In this document: in pieces, positions 53,306 to 64,000 of the stretch
Layout of the letters: each line of letters starts with the position of its first letter
Numbering within the stretch: position 1 is the stretch's first letter
NCBI GenBank assembly: GCA_964057225.1
Contig: OZ059899.1
Span: 16,802,001-16,866,000 of the forward strand
Origin: Auanema rhodensis
Lineage: Eukaryota > Animalia > Nematoda
DNA length: 64,000 bases
Direction: 5' to 3'
Notes under the pieces: generated by a model
The model's input: the letters and a program-made list of their open reading frames with translations, nothing else
What the model was told of the DNA's origin: nothing
Databases searched by the model: none
Made by a program: the position numbers and the translations under genes

Positions 53306-54028
53306 ATGAATCCAGAACGCTGTGACTACTTAGCTGGTGATGAGTTGATAAGAGTTTGGTGGATTTTCTCTTTTGCATTACTATATTTTTAAAGATTATT
53401 CCTCGTTATGGGATGACCAATCTTCGCTTGGTTTGTGGAGACTTCGATAGTATGGAAGCTGGTATACCAACCATTGTACCAATTTGGTTCGCTGTACTCA
53501 TGAGAAGAAGGCATCAGTGTCAAATTGTGGTAATCTATTCGATTTTTGTATTATGTTATACATTAATGTATAGCCTCCCAGTTGGCTATGTGTAGAGGAG
53601 TTAAAAAGATTGCTTGTGGTGGAGAATGAAATGGGAGGCTTAGCTAATTTACCTCATAGAATGTTTGAAATCGCTCATATTTTAGTTCGAGAAGCTAAGG
53701 AGGACATTGAACAAGGTGATCAAGTTGGTTTTAATTTCAAATGCCATTCTATGATGTTGTTGATTACAGATAAAATCATTAATACAAGATTTATGGGATA
53801 GGCGAGAAGCCAAGTTACGGTCATCATCTTTAAAATTTATATCACAGGCAAGATCTTAAACTGTACAGTAATTTGGATATAAAAAAAGGGTTTCAGCATT
53901 CAACATCACATGCCCGTATGGATCACGCTCAACCCGTAGAAATAGCAGGAGCCGGGGCACGTGCGACTCTTGCAGCTTGTAAGGTTATTGCAGAATTAGT
54001 TGGGAAAACACACGAATTGTATGATTGA
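53306..54028 (+). CDS. psf-2: GINS complex subunit Psf2
   Basis: MNPERCDYLAGDELI..IIP..VPIWFAVLMRRRHQCQIVPPSWL..IKSLIQDLWDRREAKLRSS..HARMDHAQPVEI. Five exons; the last intron is GC-AG. Confidence 0.93.
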
Positions 54029-54340
54029 CTAATATTTTATACATTATCTTCATTGTTATCTTGTAAATTATATGAACCGCCTCTGATAAATTAAAGCAAT
54101 GAATACTATAATCTATAAGTTTCGAACGAGACTTGAACAATATAGAAATTTTGGAATGATTTTGAACCCAAAAGACGTTTAATATTGCAAGAAAGAGTAT
54201 GAATGTTCTTTTTATTTCATGCGTACCATGTCGTATGATCACTATTACAACCTAGAGAAGTAATATAACATCAGTTAACCACTCACTTGTAATTAATACT
54301 TTATTAGTTTAAATACTTGAATTATTGAAAAGGACAATAA

Positions 54341-57300
54341 TTACGTACGATGCATTGGGTGCAAACGGACTTGTATTTGGCAAGTTTCTTGCGACGACGC
54401 TGTTTGACATAATGGTACTGGGGTATTATTGGAACATTCTCCAGATAACATCACTATGGTTAAAGTAGCTAAAGCTGACTCGGCCCATGTAGTATTAGTG
54501 GTAAGAAGAACCTAAAATTTATTCAGTATGCGCGAATTGAATGAAAAGAAAACCTTCGTTGATAATAATGTTCGAGTCCCCGTCCCTGAAAAATCGTTGA
54601 CCCGAGGACGGTGGAATGTTCGAGACTGATCCGGATAGTCAACCTTAACAAGTTGAAGCCAGATATTTTTTCAACGTTTCAACAATGGTGAACATAATTT
54701 TTCTAATATACCTGTATACGAAGTTCTGAAATATCACTTTGGGTTAAATTATGCATTTCAGCCGAAAGAGAAAGTGCAATTGGAAGCCCCGCAACAAACC
54801 GAATAGAATTCTCGGCAGCATATTCTTTTTCCGGTTCTATTATCTAATAAAAAATTATAAAGAATATTTTTATCTCATATTGGTACCTTGGCCCATTTAC
54901 ATTGCACTTTGTCAATACCTTCGAAGGAGTCTGGCATTTCTATACTGTATAGTTGGATCAATCTTGCTAAGAATCCTGTGCTCAAAACAGATTTATTATC
55001 CTCATTTTGTACTATTTTGTCTTGAATATTGTTGATAAGACTTTCAGCTGTTTTGGTAGGCACTATCCCAGCTTCACTCCATCTTCTAAATCTCTAAATA
55101 ATTAAACTGCAAGGAATATTACCTACTTCTGATTAACGCTCAAAACTTCTAAAAGGTCATCAACGATAGATATGAAGTCCTCTGGATTTTTTATGAGTCT
55201 TATTATAATCATAAGAATGTCCAAATGTAAATTAATTTCGATCAGTAGATTTATTATAGAAGGATTCAAATTTGAGAATTGATGATGCAAACATTTAACT
55301 CTCACTTGTTCCTAAAGCAATGAATAATTTTTCAAATGGAATTAAATTCACCTCTTCGAGAAGGGTCACTACATCAGATAAACTGCCAACACAAACAACA
55401 GTTTGTTGTATGGATTCTAGTGAGGAGAGCAACTCGCAGATGTTAACCAGAAAGTTAGCAGCGCCAGACAGGGGAGCATTAAAAGAACTGATCGCGGCCA
55501 GGTCACTGTAACAACTCATAGAAATGATTTTAAAAAATTGCATATGATACTCGGAAATAAAACTACGAAGCACATTCCTATCATAAAACAAGTGTTCCTT
55601 ATGCACATCTCTTAGTCTCTCGTATGTTTTAATTAAAACTTCCACATTGTTGTTTTTCTCATCAGATTCCAGATATGACATTCTGGAGCATAAGAGCAAT
55701 TTTTTATCGATCATCTAAAATATACATCGATCTTGTTATTATGTTTAATTTAATGAATACCGGTACTAAACACACAAGATCAGGTCTAGCTGCTCTCATA
55801 AATCTATAATGTTTCAGTACATAAAAAGGGAGAAGCGAAACTAATGGATCATGTTTAGAGGAAGCGTTCAAAACCAGGATAAGCTTAGCAGAATCTGAAA
55901 AATTATGCAAAATTTATGATCCATCCAAAGTGCTTACAATAAACATCTTCTATAGGTTGTTCTTGAGGCTCAAATGTAGGATGAAGATCCAACAGTTCAG
56001 ATAACATACTATGCACAAACACACCGTGATGAAGTCCGATTTGGGTCATACATCTAAACAGTTATTTATAAGAAGAAGGATAATCAGTAAATCAACTTGA
56101 AAATTTTCTCGCGGTCAACAGGAAACCTCTGCAAGCAATTCAATAAAGCCTTCACAACAATTTTCATGCACTCAATATCTGCAAATTCAGCCTTGCATAA
56201 CAGATCACGAAGAGCTTGCCGCGATTCTCCCATAGCATCCTGTAACGTGGTGTTGAATAGAATGTCAAATTCATTAAATAAAGATATTACGTCTAAGCAT
56301 TTTAAAATAACTTCTAGTTGTTCTTTCTGTAATTGACCATGTACCACTAAAGGAGTTAGAGCGTGGATAGCATCTAATCGTACCTGAAAACGAGTTACAA
56401 ATGTGTACATAAAATTGCTAATACGGAAGCAATTTCATCATTGAACATATCAGCTAGATGATCCAAGGCCGAAGTAGCAAAAGAGGGGCGATGAGCCGCC
56501 AACTTGCCCAGAGAGTATACAGCTGCTTTCCTAACAGCTAAGAGAAAAATATTTGATTATTTTTTTAATATTGAAAAGTACACATATATTCATCCTCTAA
56601 AGCTGAAACAAAAGCTCCACATGCACCTTGTGGTATAATGCTTTCGTCTTCTACTTTATTTGCTTCTCCTAAAGGACAAGGAGCATTTAAATCTTTTCCG
56701 CTAGCCCAATCCCCAGCGTAAGTCGATTTTCTAAAACTTTTTCATGTGTGAGATTTACAGATTATAGAAAATACTTTTCCCTTGCTTGTTGCCAACTTTT
56801 CCACCTTGTGTTATCTGGTATACGTTTAGGGATCTGTTTAGTGATTGCAAAAAGAGATGTAGTTTCTCTTCGAACTACTGTTCCTTTTACAGTCTAAAGC
56901 ATAACATAACATAACTAACGCTTGTTAAAAACAGCTCACCTGCATAGTCCTCATTAGTTTTTTGTCTAAAGTTTGATCAAGAAATGAGTCAGATACAGTT
57001 GTAAACTGTCCGAGTAACTTGGCTGCTTCAGTTCTAACCAAAACCTAATATAATAAAAATATTGATATTTCTGAACCCGGAAGCACAACCTCTTGATCAT
57101 TTATAGCGTGACAAATTATAGAGAATGCATCATCTGATAGCATGATATTGTCTTTTGGATTAAATGTCATTGGAATTTCCCTAAAAATTTGCGAGTTAGA
57201 AGTAGCATTTTCATCAAACCTATTTGGAGATTTATTAGCAAAGCTGAGCAGAAGCTTCAAAGCGGCAACTCGTGAATATCGATCATTTCCTGTTACCATC

Positions 57301-58389
57301 TGAAGAATAAACTTTTTAAATAACGGAATATGAATGATATATAACTTTGGCCATTGCAGTATACGTCATCAAAGTTACTTGATCAGTTTTATGGCACAGC
57401 TCAGCCAAACCGTTCACGGCCGTTAGTCTTACTCGAGCATCCCTGTCACTCACCATATCACATAATATATTTTCCAAATTAGAAAAACTCGATTTATCAC
57501 ACCCTTCAAAAAATATGTATAGAAAACTATGATGATATAACCTGTAATATACGAAGATACATAAAAATTAATGCTTCCTATGCGAGTTTGAGTACAGGAG
57601 GATGCTTTGATACTTCGATTAGCGCAAATAAAAACACTAAAATAAGGATTAAAATGATAGAAAAAACAATTAGAAACTTTGAATTCAAATTTGAAGAATT
57701 CAAAATGCCTCTGGTCATAGCATGTGTGATCAAGTTGATAGGTAAAGGATCTAACCTATCGTTCAAAATTAATCTTAATATAAGAAAACAAGAATAAATG
57801 TCAACGTATCCTGGAAATACCTTCCATCTTTTTCATTGATAAAGAACTGAATGAAATCTTGGGCTTTTGAACTATCAACATGAGGTAATATTTTTAAAAT
57901 TATTCCCAACAATTCTTTTTGAGCCTGTAAAAAACTTTGAAAAGTTGAATGTCAATATACTTACATTTATATCAACTGTTAAACAAACAGCTTCAAACAA
58001 TAACGATATTATTTTATCTTGTTGTTTCGTAATTCGGGGAAGATACTCTTTTGAGAATACTGTAATTTGCTCAAATATGCTGTAATCATTATTAAAGATG
58101 AAAAATAATTAAAAGCTCGAACTCTTTATGTAGATCATGTTCTAGCAATAGATGAAGTTTCAACAGAAATTCGACAGCAGATGATCGCGAAGAACGGGAC
58201 AGTATATTTTTAGAGGATTTGACATCGGTTAACAACTCCTGAAAGATTGAAGATGAAGTAAAGTAAGTTCAAAATGCTTACTAATTTCGTTCTTTTCACT
58301 TCCTCTTCCAATTTATCGTCATCCAAAAACTTTCGTTTTATACGCATATTTGATTTTCTTTTTAAAATACCATCCGACATCATAGCCAT
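54341..58389 (-). CDS. ints-4: Integrator complex subunit 4 (HEAT repeats), multi-exon
   Basis: LSDDAFSIICHAINDQEV..FLDQTLDKKLM..IIPQGACGAFVSALEDEY..VRKAAVYSLG..ALDHLADMFNDEI..VRLDAIHAL. The C-terminus ends ..VRLHPMHRT*. Confidence 0.9.
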
Positions 58390-58773
58390 AAATTAATACT
58401 ATCTATTAATTGAAACTTTTAATTTCGAATATACACAGAAATATAAACTCGACGTCTGATGAAAAATGTCCTCGCTGTTAATTCAAACTGTACGTCGTTG
58501 TTTACAAACTATAGTTCTAAGTATTAATAACCTAAATCATTGTTTTTGCAGTTTTTTGTTATGCCTCATAGTTTATAATGAAAAATTTGTCTATCCAAAA
58601 CCAATCAAATTTCTATTTAAAAAAATGGTCGTTGTATTTAATTTTATCTGGATTTTGAAAACACATGGAATTTAAAATTATTTTATTCAATTAATAAATA
58701 AATATTAATATATTAAATATTATAAATTAATTATATATGTCTGTGTTTTAAAATGTGATTATTTCATCTCTTA

Positions 58774-61261
58774 TTAATACAAAAATAAATTTTTGGGAAC
58801 GACATACTCAGCCAAGGCCACCCACGTTTCCATTCCAATTGGAAGATCTCTCTTAAGTAATAACAAATTAAATCGGGTAATGACAAGATAAAATACCACG
58901 TTATGGGATGAGGCAAATATGGAGTTGTACATCTTATTAAAATAATCCACATACTTAAAATGTAGTTAAATAACATATTCTTTTTAATAGACTTACATTG
59001 AAAAATGAGGATTGCAGAACGTGGTTTTCTATTTGTGTGTGGCATGATGCATAAATACCATTGACAATAATCTGAATAAGTAAAGTATTAACATTTTTGG
59101 AAAAATATATTCTGTACCGTTCCAGTACTGGTCATTGGTGAATATATTCCTGTTCCTTCAATATCACTAATTTCAAGTACACGAGTAATAACAGGGCCAC
59201 CTTCCTATAAAAATATTATCTAACTTCATATATGAATAAGTTTTTACCATCCCAAATTGATAAACGCAATCTCCTACTTTAACTTCTTCCGCATAAACAG
59301 CTGTTTCATTTAACTCTCGCATCTATGCATTGAAATTACTTTCGAACAGGTATTTAAAACAATACCTGATTATACTGATTGCATGAAGTAATGTAAATAA
59401 AGTGTTTAGCTGTAAGCTTCAGTTCTGCTCCTGAAGATAATACCAGTCTAAAATAAAGAATAAACAAAAAAAAGAGGAATTCATTCCGATACTTTTTGAA
59501 GGATGCTCTTAAATCTGGAACTCTGTGCTGCCAATATCGTATTGGAGCAAAAGCAGCCTGGAAGAATGGTAACCGTGTATTAACTCTAAGTTATCTAATT
59601 TGTACTTCGCCTTCATGTACTACTTGAATCCAATCATCTAATCTTAACTCATCCATTCTCTTTGTACTTCCGTCAATCATTTGTACCTGAAACAATGAAG
59701 CCTAAAAATGTTTTCATCTCTTAATACTTTTGTGTCATCCGAAAAGCAATAATAATCAGGAATGTAGACTGGTGTCAATCCCCATGAAGGCTGTGGTACA
59801 GCTTGAGGAGGAGGTGGTTGAAATACTTGTTGAGGTTGCGGTTGGAACTGTGGCTGTGGCTGTGGCTGTGGCTGTGGCTGTGGCTGGAACTGAGGCTGTT
59901 GTGGTAGTTGTGGGGGCTGAACATAGTTAAACATTAGTTGTGTTCTAATATATATATATAACTTGATCGGCTGCAGGTTGAGCTCGTTGTTCTAAATAAT
60001 CATAACATGGCATTCGTCTCATATCAACCTCATAAAAAGTTTGACCATCTTCTCCAATAGTTTTGTTAACATTGGATATATAATCAAAGAACTGATATCT
60101 TTCTTCGGTTTGTCCCTATGAGAAGGATAATTATTTAATACAAACTATTGCTATGATATTACTTCTCCTCCTATCACAATTTGACCTGAGTGAACTGTGG
60201 CTACACCACGATCTTCTGCATCCTCTAGAAGGCCATAACTACAGCATTGTACAGCTAGTCTGATAGAATAATAACTTATTCGAATTTCTCAAATAAAATA
60301 ACTCACGGACTAGCCGATACATTCAAAACGGGTAAAACTCCTCCAACCCATTGTCCAGGAGGACATCGTTCGATATAATTGTGACTGCAAATCTAAAGAA
60401 CCGAACTCAGGAGAAAGAAATGACGTTTACAACAATTAAGCGTTTTAAGTGACCTTTCTTAAGAAAGGATTTTTCTTTGGGAAGTTAATATATCGGCAAA
60501 TTTGAAACAGATTTCCCGAAATTGTTCAAGGAGTTTTAAAAGACAGTTCTCTTTGTGTGTTCATATATATTTATATATAATATGAATACATATATAAAAG
60601 ATGATTCAGATTGAAAACTGGATGAGTGCAACTTATTTATGTCGAAGGGGTGACCAATTGAAAGCAATTACAGTACTTAAGATTTTCTTTTCTTTGTCCA
60701 AATAATTAATCGATTCCCGAACAGAAACAAAAACTCGTCAAAGCTCTATGTTCAGCATATTCAGACGGTATTTCAATAATTTCAACTTATCACAATGCTT
60801 TTGATTAAAATCTTACGGAAGTTAATCGTGGTAGATTTCTTGGATCAGTTAATGTTGCTGGTTGACGACGTACAAGCGTGTCTCTTACAAAACCGTCACT
60901 ATGATTATTCATGCTAAAAGTTATTATTGTGCACAAAATATGCATTTTTCTATTAAAGAATACTATACCTGAAAAAGCTGGCGTCATCTGTAGCTCTTTC
61001 ACCCGTAAGAGCATCCCATCCGAAACACACGGGACGAGCGCAGCCAAGAATTGGTTGACCGTCTGGTAATACCTATAATTGATAAGAATGTAGATGATTT
61101 ACTGGAATAACATATGTCGTTCATGATAACTTAACAGAAGTTCAAAAAAGAAAATGACATATAAAGCTTACTTCGAAACTATATGGAATTGAAGATTGCC
61201 CACAGAAAGCTGTTGAACACACTTGGCAAAGTAGAGAGCATAAGATTAAATATTTCCACAT
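58774..61261 (-). CDS. wrt-4: Warthog hedgehog-related protein (Wart domain + Hint/Hog autoprocessing domain)
   Basis: Signal peptide MWKYLILCSLLCQVCSTA. Wart domain CGQSSIPYSFEVLPDGQPILGCARPVCFGW..QWVGG..QCCSY..GGE..FDYISNV..RRMPC. Pro/Gln linker, then Hint YYCFSDDT..KRMDELRLDDW..LKLTAKH..GIYSPMTSTG..VNGIYASC and a C-terminal tail LPIGMETW. The wrt-4 assignment comes from the recalled YYCF and ILGCARP motifs. Confidence 0.88.
59848..59887 (-). repeat. Coding (CAGCCA)n hexamer repeat encoding a poly-(Gln-Pro) linker
   Basis: Tandem TGGCTG on the + strand; translates as QPQPQPQPQPQ. Confidence 0.9.
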
Positions 61262-61282
61262 TACAGCACAAGATGGTCCGAA

Positions 61283-61290
61283 CTAAAAAA
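61283..61290 (-). promoter_or_regulatory. Probable trans-splice (outron) acceptor of the warthog gene
   Basis: TTTTTTAG about 21 nt upstream of the ATG at 61261. Confidence 0.4.
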
Positions 61291-62547
61291 TATTTTAAAT
61301 ACGGGAATTTCGATCAAACACGAAGATTTCTTTGAAAACAATGTTAGGATTGTCTTTGATTATCACATGAAGAGAAAATATCTTAAATAGCTGTTCCGGG
61401 ACACGGAATACCTGCTTTAGACCAGAGCTGGCAGCAGGATTTCCTAGTTGATGAGTCCCTCCCACTATTCGCGGTCTTTGTTCATCCCACATTTCCTCTT
61501 TCTATCATTATAATGAATGATGAATCGAAAAGTTCTACGGAACTAAAATAAAAGAATTTAAGTACGTCATTATGAATACCTGGCCAGAGAAAGTAGCTGT
61601 CATTATTTATTGGTATGAACTTTCTAATAATATGAAAATCCGCATATTTCTAGAAATATAAATAGTTGTAAACACTAATGAAACTTTTCTTTTTAATGCT
61701 AAAGTAAAGGGATAGAATGCAATAAGATTTTCAACAGATATCTATATATACAAACCCTTTATTGAAATTACAAACATATGAACATACATCATTCATCCCG
61801 CGTGTTCTGGCGATGGCAATTAAGCCATTAAACCCGCGCGAAGTTCGAACGGAAATACACGTGATAAGCGTGACCCAAAGAAAAAAAAAATAAATACATG
61901 ACCTTTTGGAATATCAATGTGTTATGAACAATTCTAAATTCTAAATTAATGTAGGATGCTGTACAATAAGATAAGATGAGAACATTAATTAGATAAAGGC
62001 GGTATAAATCCAAAACGTAGGTCTGCATCTAGCTTGTATACGCTACTACAATGTCTAGGTTAGCTGAAGCACACTTTAAACTATCTAGAATATACTAACT
62101 CGTGTATAGATACATTTAGAGAGTATCAATTACTGTAAGATAATCAGATAATTTTTACAAACAAACAGAAACGAATAAAAAAACGAGGAATAACAAAATG
62201 AAGTAAAACAAATTTGAGACTATTCAGAGAATAACCGATTAATGTGTCACTCGAAATACCAAAGGTATTGACACAAAGCCTTGTGTGAATTTATAAAAAA
62301 ATCTTCTGGCTAAATGAATGAAAAGTAATAAACACTCATTAAAACGAACATGTACAGAATGCGAAAGTGTGCGATTGGCTAAACCACAACACATAATGAT
62401 ATAGTTATAAAAGTGTCAGCAGTTGTCCCGGGAAAATAAAGAATTTGACTGTAAAAGGGATGAAAATATCCAACAAGATGCGACAGATGATTTAACATCA
62501 GAATAAATAATTGGAATTTAATTGTGCGTCTAGGAAATGTATACAGA

Positions 62548-63890
62548 TTAAACAACAGGGACAGCAATCCACTGGCAAGTATTGCGTGGTAAATACACCA
62601 AAGTTGACTTTGGTGTATGTCCATCCATAACAGGGCCACCAAGAGCACAGAGAGAAACCTAAAAGTTGTTCAGGTATAAACAAGCAATAGTTTTAAGTTG
62701 AAACGTAATTGATGAGAATAAATAAATACTTACATGAAATGCGAGTTGATCAATCATGCCAAGTGTCATTTTACGATCATGTGTCATCAAGCATACAGTT
62801 GATTCTTGAATTATCCTATGTAAAAGCATAAGAAAGTCATATTTGTTTTGTCCGACAGCCAATAATGATGACTGGGCTTGTGAAGCTGAAGTTTCAGAAT
62901 CATTATCATCACCACTGCTTATCCACTGAAAATATTCGAAAAGTTTGTAAATTGAACTTATTTGATGAATCTGATTTTCTCATTCTTAGAAATAACATTA
63001 TTCTCATTATGCATATATTCTATATCCAGAAACCCATAAATTCAGAAAAGTAGAAATAAAATAATATTAAATCGAACAAAATACAAAACCATATTTCAAA
63101 CACTTCAATTGTGCTTCATGGAACATTGTCAACATTCATAGAATAATAATAATATATTAGGACAACTGTTTCAATATAAAATAATAAACATGGCTAATGC
63201 GCTTGCTCAATGTATAGCAATTGTTTAAATATTTCTACATTGTTGAGCATATGGTTTAATGTTTAATATAACGTTTTATGATAAAAAATCGTTTGAATAG
63301 GCCTAAGATAGAGAATTTAGTAGTATTTTATTTATATTTTACTTTAAGTATTATTAACAATATTTCTTTGTTTGAGTTTTTTAATTTTTTTAAAAGGGTG
63401 TGGCAATAGCAAAATGATTAGAATAGTACTTCCAAATCTAGAAATCTAGTTTGATTTGAGTTAAACATCCCTGGGTATACATCTAATATAGATTCTTAGT
63501 TCTAACTCAATTCTTTAGAAATGTACAACCTAGCTATGGAATAAAACTTTGCAAATTTGATTTTTAAGAATAATTCATCAGAGCGGGAAGAAAGAGAAAA
63601 CGTACATGATCATAGCTACTCCCAAAGTGATTGTCTAGATAACTTCGAAGCTTTTGTTCTTGAGAGGAAATATCAGGAAAATCTATGAAGAAACGGGAGC
63701 ACATATATCTGAGAATTTTTATTTTATTTTATTATGAAAATGTAGGATACCTTTCCAATTGACGACATTTATGAGGTCTAGCTGCTCGATATCCTCGTAG
63801 TAACAAATGACAATATTTCAAAAGACCTCCACCTCGAATTTCTTCGGGTCGTCTTGTATCAATAAGACGTTCGTGAAGATGCGATAAGGC
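62548..63890 (-). CDS. tent-5: Terminal nucleotidyltransferase 5 (FAM46/TENT5), 3' part; 5' exons lie beyond the window
   Basis: Exons [51 protein letters not shown] and [28 protein letters not shown] are FAM46 signatures. The last exon ends QWIAVPVV*. Confidence 0.92.
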
Positions 63891-64000
63891 CTGAAATATT
63901 ATTTAAGAATTACAATCTAGAAATGTTTTTAAATGAATGTTTCGTTTCAGTGTTTACACAATATTACTCTCAAAAGAGCTGGCTTATACATATAATCAAT

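Noticed and set aside
61295-61603. Small minus-strand gene (MWDEQRPRIV..) upstream of the warthog ATG
   Set aside because: No consistent spliced frame or homology; probably promoter or outron sequence.
61795-61880. tRNA-like GC-rich segment containing GTTCGAA
   Set aside because: No cloverleaf, A box or acceptor stem could be formed.
58389-62548. Operon tent-5 > wrt-4 > ints-4 (all on the minus strand)
   Set aside because: Gaps of ~1.3 kb and ~385 bp are longer than typical intercistronic spacing, the functions are unrelated, and SL2 usage cannot be seen from DNA.
1-64000. Transposons, telomeric TTAGGC arrays, SL RNA, rRNA or tRNA genes, horizontally acquired bacterial genes
   Set aside because: None recognisable by eye; all long coding segments belong to intron-containing conserved metazoan or nematode genes.

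Overview
Eukaryotic, very AT-rich nematode genomic DNA (clade V/rhabditid-like, with many ~40-60 nt introns, so the supplied ORF track fragments every gene). The window opens with a ~6.5 kb tandem satellite of 177/182-bp monomers. Hand-splicing then gives ten genes plus a partial eleventh: laminin alpha lam-3 (-, 3' end apparently running into or across the satellite), amino-acid transporter aat-2 (+), a GLR-6-like ionotropic glutamate receptor (+), an ACD-1/DELM-like DEG/ENaC channel (+), an outspread/MPRIP-like double-PH coiled-coil protein (+), a ZP-domain cuticlin (-), a divergent MATH/BTB-like protein (-), GINS subunit psf-2 (+), Integrator subunit ints-4 (-), a warthog (wrt-4-like) hedgehog-related Hint protein (-) and the 3' part of tent-5/FAM46 (-). 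I found no clearly new multi-gene system. The most notable observations are an apparently obligatory GT-TG intron directly before the glutamate-receptor pore exon, which carries Lys at the Q/R site; the nucleosome-sized satellite sitting where the lam-3 LG5 domain should be; a GC-AG intron in psf-2; and generally relaxed splice signals. Orthology calls rest on recalled family motifs, not database searches.
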